Made by a program: the position numbers and the translations under genes
In this document: positions 38,665 through 38,882 of the stretch, one piece after another
Layout of the letters: each line of letters begins with the position of its first letter
Numbering within the stretch: position 1 is the stretch's first letter
Virus record (IMG/VR): IMGVR_UViG_2061766007_000286
Source: an uncultured virus (IMG/VR IMGVR_UViG_2061766007_000286)
Taxonomy: Duplodnaviria > Heunggongvirae > Uroviricota > Caudoviricetes
Length of the DNA stretch: 38,882 bases
Strand: one strand, 5' to 3'
Notes under the pieces: model-generated
What the model was told of the DNA's origin: nothing
What the model saw: only the letters and a program-made list of their open reading frames with translations
Database searches by the model: none

Positions 38665-38882
38665 NNNNNNNNNNTGGCAAGACAAACACGAACTCGCTGC
38701 AGGTCACAACCTACTCGATGAGCGTGAACAACCTGAATCCGCACAGCGACTGCGTTGCCAATTTCTCCGCCCAGAACGCGAGCACTCTTTCCAAGCAGAC
38801 AGTCGCCATGTCCGGCACCTCCATGGACTGCGTGAAGAGACTTCTCGAAAAATGCGGTTTCCAAGTCGACGTGAAGCTCGAC

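Overview
Gapped scaffold of a large T4-like myovirus (standard genetic code), apparently collapsed from several strains. Many 10-N gaps are flanked by near-duplicate sequence, so gene order across gaps is unreliable. Virion genes: gp7-like repeat baseplate protein, gp6, gp53, gp48-like, gp27-like hub, gp13 neck and gp23 major capsid. It also carries UvsX (fragment), UvsW, an AT-rich glycan-synthesis cluster (two Stealth-like domains, GT-A, GT4, TupA-like ATP-grasp, methyltransferase), M16 and ClpP-like proteases, a class II CCA-adding enzyme, a probable tmRNA 5' end and an expanded WG-repeat family. Two recurring promoter-like motifs are visible: TATAAAC(T/A), a variant of the T4 late promoter, and AAAATACTATATT. 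The most notable signal is a shared ~35-aa N-terminal leader ending in (V/I)FE on unrelated proteins, including the CCA-adding enzyme, each behind the late motif. It resembles a capsid-targeting, prohead-protease-cleaved propeptide and suggests a modular system for packaging and injecting cargo such as a tRNA-repair enzyme. All family assignments come from motif recognition by eye; no database searches were run.
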